Virus record (IMG/VR): IMGVR_UViG_3300010334_000023
Span: 62,001 to 126,000 of that record
Strand: one strand, 5' to 3'
DNA length: 64,000 bases
Shown here piece by piece: positions 10,232 to 19,889 of this stretch. The position numbers and the translations under genes are program-made. The notes below the pieces were generated by a model. That model saw only the letters and a program-made list of their open reading frames with translations, was not told the DNA's origin and made no database searches. The stretch's first letter is position 1, and each line of letters begins with the position of its first letter.

Positions 10232-11317
10232 TCAATCCTCCGATGTTGCGGAATCCATGTTGTCTGGATCAACTTCGAGTTCCAAGACTGGGGTTATCTT
10301 AGTCTCGTCCCATTCAGTCATGATCAGATCCAACAGCTCGTCGGTGACACCAGACCGGAAATACTTATGTTCCTTGCCTGTCTTGTCGGTGTACTTGAGC
10401 TTGTTGCCGTCCTTGACCAACACGCCCTTCTTTTCGAACATCTCGATCAGACCGCTATATTCGTTCATGCCAGTGTCCCAAGGGATCTTGATCTCCACGC
10501 TTTCAAACGGCTTGTTGTAGCGTGTCTTCATGATCTTGCAGGCTGCACGGATACCGCGCACGTCTGTGACCTTCTTGCCATCCTCATCTTCCTTGAGCTT
10601 GAGCTTGCGCATGGCTACCACGATAGAGCTTGCATACACAAATCCCTGACCGCCTGAGATCTTGTCATCCGGATCAAACATGTCTTGGCTGGCATAGGTG
10701 TGGTTGGTAACCACTAATCCAACGTCATACTCACCAAACATGTTCACGCAGTTGCGCACCAGTGCTGCCAGTGCCTTGGGCTTGCGACCCATGTCACCCT
10801 TCATCTCACCAGCTTCGAATTGGTTCACGTCGGTGGGTGTCAGCAGCATGCCCAGACTGTCCAGCACGAACAGGATCTTTGGACGCTCTTCTGGGTCAAC
10901 CTTGTCAAACCTGCTCTTGTAGTCTTTCATGAAGTCGCTGACCAAGCGAGCAACGTCGTCGATCATGGCCATGTTTACTTTGAGCAGCTTCTCATCACTC
11001 GTATCAACGCCCAGTGGCTTGAGCCAGTTCTCGTCAAGTGCGTTCTCTGTATCGATCAAGATCGGGAACACACCCGCTCGCTGAGCGTTTCTTATGACGT
11101 TGCCTGAGCAGATATAGCTTTTGCCGGAACCAGATTGTCCAGCAAACATGGTGACCTTGCCCAACGGGATACCGTTCTTGAAGTCACCACTGATAGCATA
11201 GTTTAGAGCGTAATTACCGCTGTGGATCCAAGTCTTAGGATCATGGAATCCAAGGCTGAGACTAGGGATAGTCTTGGCGATGTCCTTCCTGAATTTACTG
11301 ATGTCAAATGGCTTCAC
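10232..11317 (-). CDS. uvsX: UvsX/RecA-like recombinase
   Basis: AGQSGSGKS, IDTENA, LDSLG, NHTY, SGG, KTRY. Confidence 0.93.
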   Translation of the reverse strand: MKPFDISKFRKDIAKTIPSLSLGFHDPKTWIHSGNYALNYAISGDFKNGIPLGKVTMFAGQSGSGKSYICSGNVIRNAQRAGVFPILIDTENALDENWLKPLGVDTSDEKLLKVNMAMIDDVARLVSDFMKDYKSRFDKVDPEERPKILFVLDSLGMLLTPTDVNQFEAGEMKGDMGRKPKALAALVRNCVNMFGEYDVGLVVTNHTYASQDMFDPDDKISGGQGFVYASSIVVAMRKLKLKEDEDGKKVTDVRGIRAACKIMKTRYNKPFESVEIKIPWDTGMNEYSGLIEMFEKKGVLVKDGNKLKYTDKTGKEHKYFRSGVTDELLDLIMTEWDETKITPVLELEVDPDNMDSATSED

Positions 11318-11340
11318 TTTTTGCTCCTGTGATCATGTGG

Positions 11341-11369
11341 CAGGATGGGCGATTTGCTCGCCCATCCTG
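11341..11369 (-). terminator. Hairpin between gp32 and uvsX
   Basis: CAGGATGGGCGA-5 nt-TCGCCCATCCTG; no U-tract, so possibly a stabiliser or processing site. Confidence 0.5.
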
Positions 11370-11381
11370 TGTGTTATTGGA

Positions 11382-12434
11382 TTAGGATTGACCGCCGAGC
11401 TTGCGAGCGCGGATGGCTGCCAGGATAGCATCAGGAGAGTTTAATGTTGGCTTTTCTGCTGCTGGTGCTGCTGGTGCTGCTGCCTTGGGCGGATCCACAT
11501 CAAATGGAGCTTCGTCCACTGGAGCTGCCTTTGGAGCCGCACGTTCCATGATGCTGGCTGCTGTGACTGGTTTGGTCACAGGAGTTGCTGTGGTGTTAGC
11601 AGCAACATCGTTGTTGCTAGCAAACGCATCCATGCGCATGCCGTTTGGACGATAGAACTGTCCCCAACGATCTGCGTCATAGAGATCCTCGTTCACCGAT
11701 GCTTCAAACATCTCCATGATTGCTGCGAGATGCGCATCATCCGGCTTCTTTGGCAGGAAGCTGTTGAGCGTGAACAGTCCATGCTTTTCAATGGCGCTGA
11801 GTTCATCAACGTTGAGAGCACGTTCCTTCATAGACCAAGATGAGCTGCTATAATTGGCATACCCACCCTTAGTTGTCTTAGACAGGTAGAAATCACGTCC
11901 AGATTCGTAATCAGTAGGGCTATTCTCAAGATCCTGACGCATAAGGATCGCCTTAATAGCATCAAACACGCTAGGATTGATGATAAATCTCCGGATTGGA
12001 TTTTCCGGCGTGTTATCATCCTTGTTAGGATTCTGCGTGACAAAACCCTGGAACACATAGCTCTTCTTCCGCCAGTACTTGCGAGCCATATCTTCCAAAG
12101 TAGGATCCTTCCACCACGGACGTGTTTCGGCTGCGATGGGGCAGCTGCCTGGCTTCCACATGTCCATGCAAGGTACTTGCACTTCAACTGGACGAGCATC
12201 ATTTTGCCCCTTGACTCCAGGGAATGGAATCTTGATGATGAGTCGTTCCACCCAGAAGAAGTCGTTGGTGTCGTCGCCGTCCGGCAGAAACCTCAGAGTG
12301 GCAGTTGAGCCCTCTGGGTTGTTCCAAAACGGATAAATGGAGTTGTCGCCGGTAAATTGGCCGCCACGCGAGCGGTCTTTGCGAGCCTGCTGCTCTAACA
12401 GCTTGGCTTGGATTTCTTTAAGATTCAGTCCCAT
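11382..12434 (-). CDS. gp32: Single-stranded DNA-binding protein (gp32-like)
   Basis: LRFLPD, CMD..CPI, YWRKKSY, GRDF..K..GGYANY..S. Confidence 0.88.
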   Translation of the reverse strand: MGLNLKEIQAKLLEQQARKDRSRGGQFTGDNSIYPFWNNPEGSTATLRFLPDGDDTNDFFWVERLIIKIPFPGVKGQNDARPVEVQVPCMDMWKPGSCPIAAETRPWWKDPTLEDMARKYWRKKSYVFQGFVTQNPNKDDNTPENPIRRFIINPSVFDAIKAILMRQDLENSPTDYESGRDFYLSKTTKGGYANYSSSSWSMKERALNVDELSAIEKHGLFTLNSFLPKKPDDAHLAAIMEMFEASVNEDLYDADRWGQFYRPNGMRMDAFASNNDVAANTTATPVTKPVTAASIMERAAPKAAPVDEAPFDVDPPKAAAPAAPAAEKPTLNSPDAILAAIRARKLGGQS

Positions 12435-12510
12435 GATATGTGCCTCCTATGTGTGCTTTCATGTGCCTAATTGTGCTATAGACAGCCCGCAACACCTGTT
12501 GCTGACTGAC

Positions 12511-12538
12511 AGTTTATTTATGCCGCAGCGATTGTCAA
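12511..12538 (-). promoter_or_regulatory. Overlapping sigma70 and late promoters of gp32
   Basis: TTGACA(12538-33)-16 nt-TAAACT(12516-11) with TAAATA at 12520-12515. Confidence 0.6.
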
Positions 12539-12596
12539 GTGTCAATCTGCTATCTAAGTTTTCAGTGGAGAATTGGATTGGTGACAGCCGCATGCA

Positions 12597-13619
12597 TTAC
12601 ATAATGCCGGCTAGTTCCTCTAGTCGCAAGAGCTCTTGATCCATCTCTGAACTAGGTACAGTGATGCGGTAACCATGGCTTACCAAATACCTAGCAGCAG
12701 TTTCTAACGCATCCATGTTGGGGACATCCGACTTCTCGCAACCACAAGTTTCGGCTAGCCTATCCCGCAATTCTATCACTTGTTCAGCTGGTGAACTCAT
12801 TGTGCTGCTGGCTAGCTTGGTAATGCCAGTGGCATAACCCTTGCTGCCACTGAGCCTCTTGCTTTCTTTGGCAAGTTGCTCTAGTGCACCCTTGACATGA
12901 AGACCAAGCTCTTGATCTTTGTTACGCATCAGCTTGTTAGCACGCTTGAGCTTGATGTAATCCTCGCTCATGCGCATGATAGCTTTAGCAGTCTGGTCAC
13001 CAAAACGACCATCGTTGGCAAGATGCCGTGCCATAGCCCTGGCGCCCGCTATATGAGCATGGGGATAAGCAAAGCGCTCGCCCATCTTGGTCTCTATGAA
13101 TATGTTCTTGATGTGGCGCCAACGACTGCCCTTCTTCTCTTCGTTCACGGGATCAGTATGGCGTATGATCAGCTTGCTATTGCCTATCTGCTGGTAACTG
13201 CTCTTGGTGCTACCGTAAGGCTTGCTGATATCGCGGCTCTCTTGGATGTTGTTCACAGCATCTTCCCTGGGATCAATGTCATGATCAAACTTATACCAGT
13301 TCACACTGATGTTTTCCTTGTCACCAACATTGACTTGCATGCTGTCCTTGATCTTGATGACTGTGTTAAAATCCTTATCGTTAACTAGATTAGGCGTCTT
13401 GATATCCATGTGGCTACTGGCATCCTCGTCATGCAGCGTCACTAATATGTTAAAGCTGTCCAGTTTTGGATCACTGCTTGGTATGGTAGCAAAGAATCTA
13501 GTGGCTTCATGTGGATCCATGGTCTTGCTGCCGCCTTTGTCAAACATCTGCGTGCGATAGCCGTTGCCTCGCAGTATGCCAAAGATCTTATCGCCTATGA
13601 TGTCCCAGTTGTGATTCAT
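12597..13619 (-). CDS. Hypothetical late protein, probably virion-associated
   Basis: 340-aa ORF; TAAATA 7 nt before ATG. Confidence 0.6.
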   Translation of the reverse strand: MNHNWDIIGDKIFGILRGNGYRTQMFDKGGSKTMDPHEATRFFATIPSSDPKLDSFNILVTLHDEDASSHMDIKTPNLVNDKDFNTVIKIKDSMQVNVGDKENISVNWYKFDHDIDPREDAVNNIQESRDISKPYGSTKSSYQQIGNSKLIIRHTDPVNEEKKGSRWRHIKNIFIETKMGERFAYPHAHIAGARAMARHLANDGRFGDQTAKAIMRMSEDYIKLKRANKLMRNKDQELGLHVKGALEQLAKESKRLSGSKGYATGITKLASSTMSSPAEQVIELRDRLAETCGCEKSDVPNMDALETAARYLVSHGYRITVPSSEMDQELLRLEELAGIM

Positions 13620-13636
13620 GATGCTATATTTAGCTG

Positions 13637-15223
13637 TTAGAAGCCTAGGCTGATGGGCATTGGTTCCTGAACGTCCTCGACAAACTCGTCTTTCATGAGA
13701 TTGCCAAAGTTCTCATCCCAGCGAGTGACCATCTGCATCATGCGCACACACAGTATGGTGGCCATCACGGCATCATCGTGCTCTCCAACCTTGCCTTCAA
13801 AGCTGTTGCCCTTGGAAACAAAGAACTTCAGCTGTCTGACCAATTGCTTGCTGCGCAAAACCAGCTTGTTGCTTTCTATGAGGCTCTTCATCTTGGTGCA
13901 GGCCATGGCCTTGCTGCGCACGTTGGTGTTCAGGCCTCGACGCAGCCTGCTCACTCCCTTGACCTTTGGTTCATGCAACCATATGGCATTAAAGTTTTCT
14001 TCACCGATCTCGTCTATGCTCACGATAGCTGCTTCGCCCCAGCTGTTGTTTTCCAGAGTGAAGTATATCTCTGGTTCACTACGCTGTTCATTGCTCTTGC
14101 GCATCTCAGCATGTATGAAGTTGATGATGCCTTGCATGGTCTTGACCTGCTGAGGTATGCTGGTACGATTGTGGTTCCACTCTGCCACCTGTGCCATGTC
14201 CGGAAGGCTGAAGACCTGTATGCAGCTGTGATCTTTGCCCACACCAGCACTGGGATCCAGAGCCACCAGGTAAGTCTTGTTGGGTTTGATCTGATCATAC
14301 CAGCGTGTCTGACCGGTCTTGAACAAAGGTTCGGTACCCTGAAGCTGCAGCAGCGTGGCCGCATTGATCAGAGTCTCATCAGCTGTGATGAACTCAACCC
14401 CGTACTCTCGCCTAAATCGGTCTATACCGATCTTGGCACGCTCTTTATCTGCCCAGACTTCATCCCTGCCTGGCACTTCGCTGTAGTGAGCTGTGAATGC
14501 CGCAAAGCCGTTCACACCCAGGCCATCTGGTGTGTCATTGCCATAATCATCCACTGTCTTGTTGGCACCAAACCAAATCTCTGCGAACTTGTCCTCGTCA
14601 CTGTTGGGTGTGCTGGTGATGATGCACTTACCACCAGTTGCTAGAGTAGGACTCATAGCAGTCCAAAATTCTTCTGCGATACGCGGCTTCACGAACGCAA
14701 ACTCATCCAAATACAGCAGCGAGATACTCATGCCGCGCCCGCTATCTGGAGTTGTTGTAGTTGCCTTGATACGAGATCCATTATCGAACTTGATGTCCTG
14801 CACATTATATATGGCAACACCGGCACGTATCCAATCTGGCAGTTCTTCATAGGCAAACTTCACGCGATCCATGATCTCATTGGCTGCGCGGAACTTGTTG
14901 GCCGCTATCAACACCGTGACATCTTTGTTGAACATAGCATACCATAACAGATAACCCGCTGCCGTGGTAGTCTTGCCACTCTGCCGTGGCAAAAGTGCTA
15001 TCACGCTGGTATTCTTCCAGTATGCGTGTACCAAACGCTTCTGATAATCATATGCTTCAAATGCCATGCGACCTTTGGTAGGATGCTGTATCTTCATGTA
15101 ATTTTCCATGAAATACAGAGGGTCCTTGGCACAGCGTGCTATCTCGCGGATCTGTTCAGCCGTGTAGGCAGTCTTCTTGTTAGCCTGCTTTACTATCTGG
15201 AAATCTATGTCAGTCTTAGCCAT
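13637..15223 (-). CDS. gp17: Terminase large subunit
   Basis: PRQSGKTT, YLDEFAF, TSTPN, LDPSAGVG.D, HDDAVMA. Confidence 0.96.
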   Translation of the reverse strand: MAKTDIDFQIVKQANKKTAYTAEQIREIARCAKDPLYFMENYMKIQHPTKGRMAFEAYDYQKRLVHAYWKNTSVIALLPRQSGKTTTAAGYLLWYAMFNKDVTVLIAANKFRAANEIMDRVKFAYEELPDWIRAGVAIYNVQDIKFDNGSRIKATTTTPDSGRGMSISLLYLDEFAFVKPRIAEEFWTAMSPTLATGGKCIITSTPNSDEDKFAEIWFGANKTVDDYGNDTPDGLGVNGFAAFTAHYSEVPGRDEVWADKERAKIGIDRFRREYGVEFITADETLINAATLLQLQGTEPLFKTGQTRWYDQIKPNKTYLVALDPSAGVGKDHSCIQVFSLPDMAQVAEWNHNRTSIPQQVKTMQGIINFIHAEMRKSNEQRSEPEIYFTLENNSWGEAAIVSIDEIGEENFNAIWLHEPKVKGVSRLRRGLNTNVRSKAMACTKMKSLIESNKLVLRSKQLVRQLKFFVSKGNSFEGKVGEHDDAVMATILCVRMMQMVTRWDENFGNLMKDEFVEDVQEPMPISLGF

Positions 15224-15237
15224 GTGTTACTCAAGCG

Positions 15238-15260
15238 AACAGCGGCATATAGCCGCTGTT
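15238..15260. terminator. Hairpin upstream of terminase
   Basis: AACAGCGGC-ATATA-GCCGCTGTT. Confidence 0.45.
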
Positions 15261-15286
15261 ACTTATATTTGTTAAGCGTTGATCTA

Positions 15287-16480
15287 TCAATTCATCACGT
15301 CTTGACGACCAATATGGCTCAGAGGACTGCGGCTACCATCAGTTACAGGTTCCTCATTGCTGAATGGATCTTTGTCAAACTTATCACGAGAATTAGCTGT
15401 CAATGGGCTTTCTGATCCGTCATTGCTGTGCTCTAAATCAGCTTCTATGAGATAATTTGTGTATTCTTCGTTGAGCACGTTGAACAAGCTGTTGGCGCGC
15501 TGGGCCTGTTCGCTCATAAGCGTGTTATCACCGATCTTACCAAAGCGCTGGTTGATGTGGCGACCTTGATAGATGTAATCTTCGGGGTCAATTGGCTCAC
15601 CGTCTTCTGAATGCTCCGTATGACCATAGTCATGATCAGCATTTTCCATAGCAACTTCTTCACAGGTGCAGTTAGTCTGCGGATTACCACAGTGTGAACA
15701 GGTAGGCTCAGCTGACACACCATAAGGCATGCCGGCTTTTGGTGCCGCTACTACCAATTCAGCGTGAGCATTGCTGCGTCCAACACCGCTCATAGCCAAC
15801 AAGCGCTCTAGGGTATCAAAGTCCTCGTCTGTGGCTGTTACAGTCATGCTCTTATGGCTGCCTTTTTCATCAATGTTCTGTGTCATCACGATGTTCATGC
15901 TCTCACGCAGCTGCTTTTGGCTTTCGTTGTAAGCGTACACAAAACCCTGTGTGTCTGGGCCATTGTTAGTGGCACCGATCGGAGTAAATGGTATTGGGCC
16001 CAGCGGAGCATCCTCTTCCATGCTCGATGACCAGCACTCTTCCATTCCATGCACAGGGCACATCTCGCCTTCTGCCGTCATGTTGCACTCGCCTTCTTCC
16101 ATGTTCTCATGCATCTCGTCGTGCTCGATGTCTTTGGTCACTTCACGTCCGGCACGCTCTGCCTTGTCGTCTTCGCTGCCACGTTTGTGACCATGAATGT
16201 GATCTTTGTGGCGCTCGTCATATTCAATGTCATGAGCAACTCTGCGTCCAGCTTTCTCAGCACGGTCGTCACGAGTATGATCAGACTCTTCATCCATCAT
16301 CTCGCCCCGGCTGTCTTCCATCTGTATGCTGCCCTGATATCCGACGCATTCTTCCATGCCATGCACAGGGCACATCTCGCCCTCAGCTGTCATGTTGCAC
16401 TCTTCAGCTTCAAACACGCTGTCTCTGCGTCCCAAGGACTCTATAGCCCTAAGCTTGCCTAATATGCTATGGAAATCCAT
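15287..16480 (-). CDS. Acidic modular protein with a duplicated Cys/His motif, probable internal head protein
   Basis: ECNMTAEGEMCPVHGMEEC x2; DD(R/K)AE(K/R)AGR.V..DIE.DE x2; many (L/M)xE sites. Confidence 0.6.
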   Translation of the reverse strand: MDFHSILGKLRAIESLGRRDSVFEAEECNMTAEGEMCPVHGMEECVGYQGSIQMEDSRGEMMDEESDHTRDDRAEKAGRRVAHDIEYDERHKDHIHGHKRGSEDDKAERAGREVTKDIEHDEMHENMEEGECNMTAEGEMCPVHGMEECWSSSMEEDAPLGPIPFTPIGATNNGPDTQGFVYAYNESQKQLRESMNIVMTQNIDEKGSHKSMTVTATDEDFDTLERLLAMSGVGRSNAHAELVVAAPKAGMPYGVSAEPTCSHCGNPQTNCTCEEVAMENADHDYGHTEHSEDGEPIDPEDYIYQGRHINQRFGKIGDNTLMSEQAQRANSLFNVLNEEYTNYLIEADLEHSNDGSESPLTANSRDKFDKDPFSNEEPVTDGSRSPLSHIGRQDVMN

Positions 16481-16483
16481 GGT

Positions 16484-17302
16484 TTAACCCTTCCTCAAGA
16501 ATTCTGGTTTGTTTGGAGCTTTTGGTGCTCCCATGTTTACTCGCTTGCCATCTCTGTCCTTGTAGAACCTGTACTCTATTTCAGCACCATCATCAAAATT
16601 GCCTTCGGGTCCAAGACCACTGCGAGGCGTTGGGTCAGCTGGATCTTTGCTCGATGGCTTGTATACTGGTTTTGGGGTGTCGTACCTGGCATTGAAATCT
16701 GCCATGTCCTGTACAGGCTCATGAGGAGCTACCTTGTTCATCTCAAGCCAGGTAAAGAGCGGTTGGCTTGAATCAACTTCATCGCTTGGACGTGTTGCTT
16801 TTATACCAGCCAAGTAATCCAAAAAGCGCTTGTTATATGCATCGCCAAAGATATCAGTGACCACTGGCTGTTCAATGTCTTGGTAAAAACGATCTGTGCT
16901 TAGGCGTCCCATGGATGATAATCCATCCTTGGTAGCAAGCTCATGGAAACCCATGTCTGTCATGTATCTGTCTGAGTTCATCTCGACCGGTTCCATGGCA
17001 GTTCTCACCACTATGTTCTTCTCTGGTATGTTCATCACACCGCGGATTCCTTCCATGGTGATGTAGCTGCTCAGAGGCATTGTCGTAACGAAATTGATCT
17101 GATACACCGTTTGGTTTGCCTGATCAATGAAATCCATCTTGTCTCCCTTGAGCAAGACTGGTACAGTCATCTCAACCAGACCAAACTGCGTGAGATAACG
17201 CTCAACAGCATCTAACTGCTCATCGCTTGGTTCCACAGCAAGCTTGATCACGAATCCATACTCTCGTGTGCTTTCTGCGAGATACTCTCTGAATGACTTC
17301 AT
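16484..17302 (-). CDS. Hypothetical late protein
   Basis: Starts MKSFREYLAES; TAAATA at 17334-17329, then GGAG RBS. Confidence 0.65.
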   Translation of the reverse strand: MKSFREYLAESTREYGFVIKLAVEPSDEQLDAVERYLTQFGLVEMTVPVLLKGDKMDFIDQANQTVYQINFVTTMPLSSYITMEGIRGVMNIPEKNIVVRTAMEPVEMNSDRYMTDMGFHELATKDGLSSMGRLSTDRFYQDIEQPVVTDIFGDAYNKRFLDYLAGIKATRPSDEVDSSQPLFTWLEMNKVAPHEPVQDMADFNARYDTPKPVYKPSSKDPADPTPRSGLGPEGNFDDGAEIEYRFYKDRDGKRVNMGAPKAPNKPEFLRKG

Positions 17303-17327
17303 GGCAATAGATGCTCCAATGTACCTG

Positions 17328-17810
17328 TTATTTAGCGTCGCTTTCAATTTCACCTAGCTGTTTGAGCAGCTCATTTCGGTCCATCATTGTAGCTTTGACA
17401 TCCAACGGATCATCGTCAGGTGATTTAGTTGTGCGGTCAAGCTTGAGCTTGTCTAGCTTCAGCTTCAGCATCTTCAGCTTCTTGTCCACCTTAGAGTTCC
17501 TAGCATCTACTGCTATCTTTAGCATCTGGCTGCTGCTACTGAATATCTCTCCAGCATGACGAATTTCAACATTCATACCGAGATCCTGTAGATCTTGATG
17601 TGCTTTGATAGCCATGTTAGCCAGTTCATCCATCTCACGATCATGGAGATCCTGTCCTCTTGCTGTGCTAAGCTGACGATCAATGTCATCAGCCATGGCC
17701 AATGCTGCTGCGATGTCCTCTTCGTTAGGCTGCGCCGGTATCTCTGCATCGGAACCTTCAACAGGTTCTAGCTCAAATGCATCTTCCAGTGTCTTGAATC
17801 TGTTGGCCAT
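17328..17810 (-). CDS. Hypothetical helical protein (terminase small subunit candidate)
   Basis: 160-aa coiled ORF coupled to gp4; function suggested only by size and position. Confidence 0.4.
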   Translation of the reverse strand: MANRFKTLEDAFELEPVEGSDAEIPAQPNEEDIAAALAMADDIDRQLSTARGQDLHDREMDELANMAIKAHQDLQDLGMNVEIRHAGEIFSSSSQMLKIAVDARNSKVDKKLKMLKLKLDKLKLDRTTKSPDDDPLDVKATMMDRNELLKQLGEIESDAK

Positions 17811-18262
17811 CAACGGGTCCTCTTGGTCTTGGTTTTGGGCTTAGTGATATATATGTCACTTTCAGTAAGGATCCTGAAGGTCATTCCGTTCTTCTTACAA
17901 TAGGTCATTGCCGCTGCCCATTTAGCTGTGTTGAGTATGAGGCTTACCTTGTCTCGCTTGCTCTTGGCATTCTCAACCATGGCTTCCTTGGCAGGTTTGA
18001 CTTCTACTATCTCTGCTCGCCTCTTGCCATTCTTGTCTTGGTATAGTATCATGAAATCTGGCACATATTGGCTGGGTTTGCCGGTTAGAGGATTTGTATA
18101 GGGTATGCGTATGCTCTCACTGGCCCACTGTATCACACTGGGGTGGCTGTCAAGAAAGTTCATCACAGTCAGTTCCCAGCTGCTACGGAACGTGACTTCC
18201 TGCTTGCCTATCAGCTTTGCTGGATTCTTCGGTATGAATCGCCCTTGGCTGTACTTAGACAT
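17810..18262 (-). CDS. gp4: Head completion nuclease (gp4/TnsA-like)
   Basis: G.F.PKNP.K, FRSSWE, WASE, Y.PDF, EVKP, AKW.AA. Confidence 0.88.
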   Translation of the reverse strand: MSKYSQGRFIPKNPAKLIGKQEVTFRSSWELTVMNFLDSHPSVIQWASESIRIPYTNPLTGKPSQYVPDFMILYQDKNGKRRAEIVEVKPAKEAMVENAKSKRDKVSLILNTAKWAAAMTYCKKNGMTFRILTESDIYITKPKTKTKRTR

Positions 18263-19424
18263 TGCTATAACCTTCTAGACATGCAGATAATTCTGGATTG
18301 ATCATTTTCAAAGATGTCCTTCTCAGGGAATCCAACCTATCATTGTATTCGCTGAACATGCTGAGCCACACCGGAAGCGGTATGGTAGCTGGCATGCTTA
18401 GATGATTAGTTATAGCCGATATCACAGACTTGTGACGCGGGTAGTCAGCAGATCTACGTGTATATGAATCTATCAGTGCTTGTTTATAGACAGTGGGTAG
18501 ATTGCGTGCGTCTAACATGGGCGGATGCTTACACAGTATCACAGAAAGCTTGCTGATGTGAGGGTTGAGTTCGCTATCTACCCAGTCTAAGAGGTCTAAC
18601 ATAGCATGTGCGTTATACAAGCTGAAGACTGAGGTTATTTTTGCCTTCACGCGAGCATTTTTCGCACAAATATCTCGTAGATTCTTGGTCACAGCCGAAA
18701 CCCTATCCCAGGTACTGTCGGATCTTATGTAATCATTCAGCTGACCAAACGCGTCTATGCTACAGTCTATCTTAACTTCGCGCAGCACAGAGAAGTATGA
18801 CTGCATCTCCTCGTTCAGGTCATGAGTCATGTTGCTGCTCATGTGCAGCTGTAAGCGAGAAATATTTCCGTGATTAGCAACTTGAATCAATGCTTCTATT
18901 ATGCGTGCTTGATGCATCATTGGTTCACCACCGAGGAACTGTAGTCTCTCTGTGTTCTTAGCAGTTTCTGCAGACAGATACCATCCAGATTCTCGCAAAC
19001 CTACCGATAGCTGTCCAAGGGATATAGCATCTGATAGCCAACTAGTCGAACTGGTTTGATTACATGATCTACATTTGATATTACAGATGTTGTTCAGATT
19101 TACATCCTGGCTCATCAACGTTGGTTCTGCGGAAAAATCCACACCTATGAGATCTGCAAGCTCGAATGACCATGTCCTATGGCTGTAACCCTTGACCTGC
19201 TCATTGAACTCGCAGGTTTTACAATAGCGATGTCCTTGACCCTGCTTGAATTGTTGCCGTAGATTTTCCATGTAATCTGTATGGATGTACCCATCAATAT
19301 CACATTCGGGAACACTATCCGGCCATTTGCAGCAGGGTTTTAACTGGCCATCGGTTTCAATACGACCGTGAAACCAAGGAAAAGCACAGTAAGGTCTGTT
19401 AGCTGTTTGAGATGGCTGCTGCAA
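18255..19424 (-). CDS. Radical SAM protein with N-terminal SPASM/twitch-like domain
   Basis: CAFPW..PCC..CKTC, then CNIKCRSC, GGEP, SIDA, YIRS. Confidence 0.88.
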   Translation of the reverse strand: MQQPSQTANRPYCAFPWFHGRIETDGQLKPCCKWPDSVPECDIDGYIHTDYMENLRQQFKQGQGHRYCKTCEFNEQVKGYSHRTWSFELADLIGVDFSAEPTLMSQDVNLNNICNIKCRSCNQTSSTSWLSDAISLGQLSVGLRESGWYLSAETAKNTERLQFLGGEPMMHQARIIEALIQVANHGNISRLQLHMSSNMTHDLNEEMQSYFSVLREVKIDCSIDAFGQLNDYIRSDSTWDRVSAVTKNLRDICAKNARVKAKITSVFSLYNAHAMLDLLDWVDSELNPHISKLSVILCKHPPMLDARNLPTVYKQALIDSYTRRSADYPRHKSVISAITNHLSMPATIPLPVWLSMFSEYNDRLDSLRRTSLKMINPELSACLEGYSNV

Positions 19425-19881
19425 TAGTCGGACCCAGGGTTGGATTGTTTGCCCAGCTTGGATAGGGATTGATACCCTGGTATCCCAGCTGGCTAGTAGG
19501 CAGTCTTATGCTGTTGATAGTAGCAAGGAAATCATTCACTAATATGCCTTTTTTGAAGAGGCTACTCACAGGTTGCCCTGTCTGATTAGCATAGTAAACC
19601 GCCATGTTTGCTAGCACGGTGATCAAGCTATCTGGCACGTTAGGACCGCCAAACAGTCCAAGTGCCAATTGATACGCAGTGGAACCCATGTTGGTCACAT
19701 AGCGAGCAGGGCTTTGGCTCAACCCGTAGTTGGTAAAATCGCTACCTGATTGAGCTATTGGATTGCCTTGACCGTCAGCCCATTGGAACTGGCCGCCTTG
19801 GTTACTGACCTGTAGCTGACCGCTCTGAAGTGCTAGCTGCTTGCGTATATTGCTCTGTATTATATCTCTGTTTCCAGACAT
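19399..19881 (-). CDS. Hypothetical virion protein
   Basis: 160-aa ORF with AGGAG RBS in the tail region. Confidence 0.55.
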   Translation of the reverse strand: MSGNRDIIQSNIRKQLALQSGQLQVSNQGGQFQWADGQGNPIAQSGSDFTNYGLSQSPARYVTNMGSTAYQLALGLFGGPNVPDSLITVLANMAVYYANQTGQPVSSLFKKGILVNDFLATINSIRLPTSQLGYQGINPYPSWANNPTLGPTIAAAISNS

Positions 19882-19889
19882 ACCCGCTC

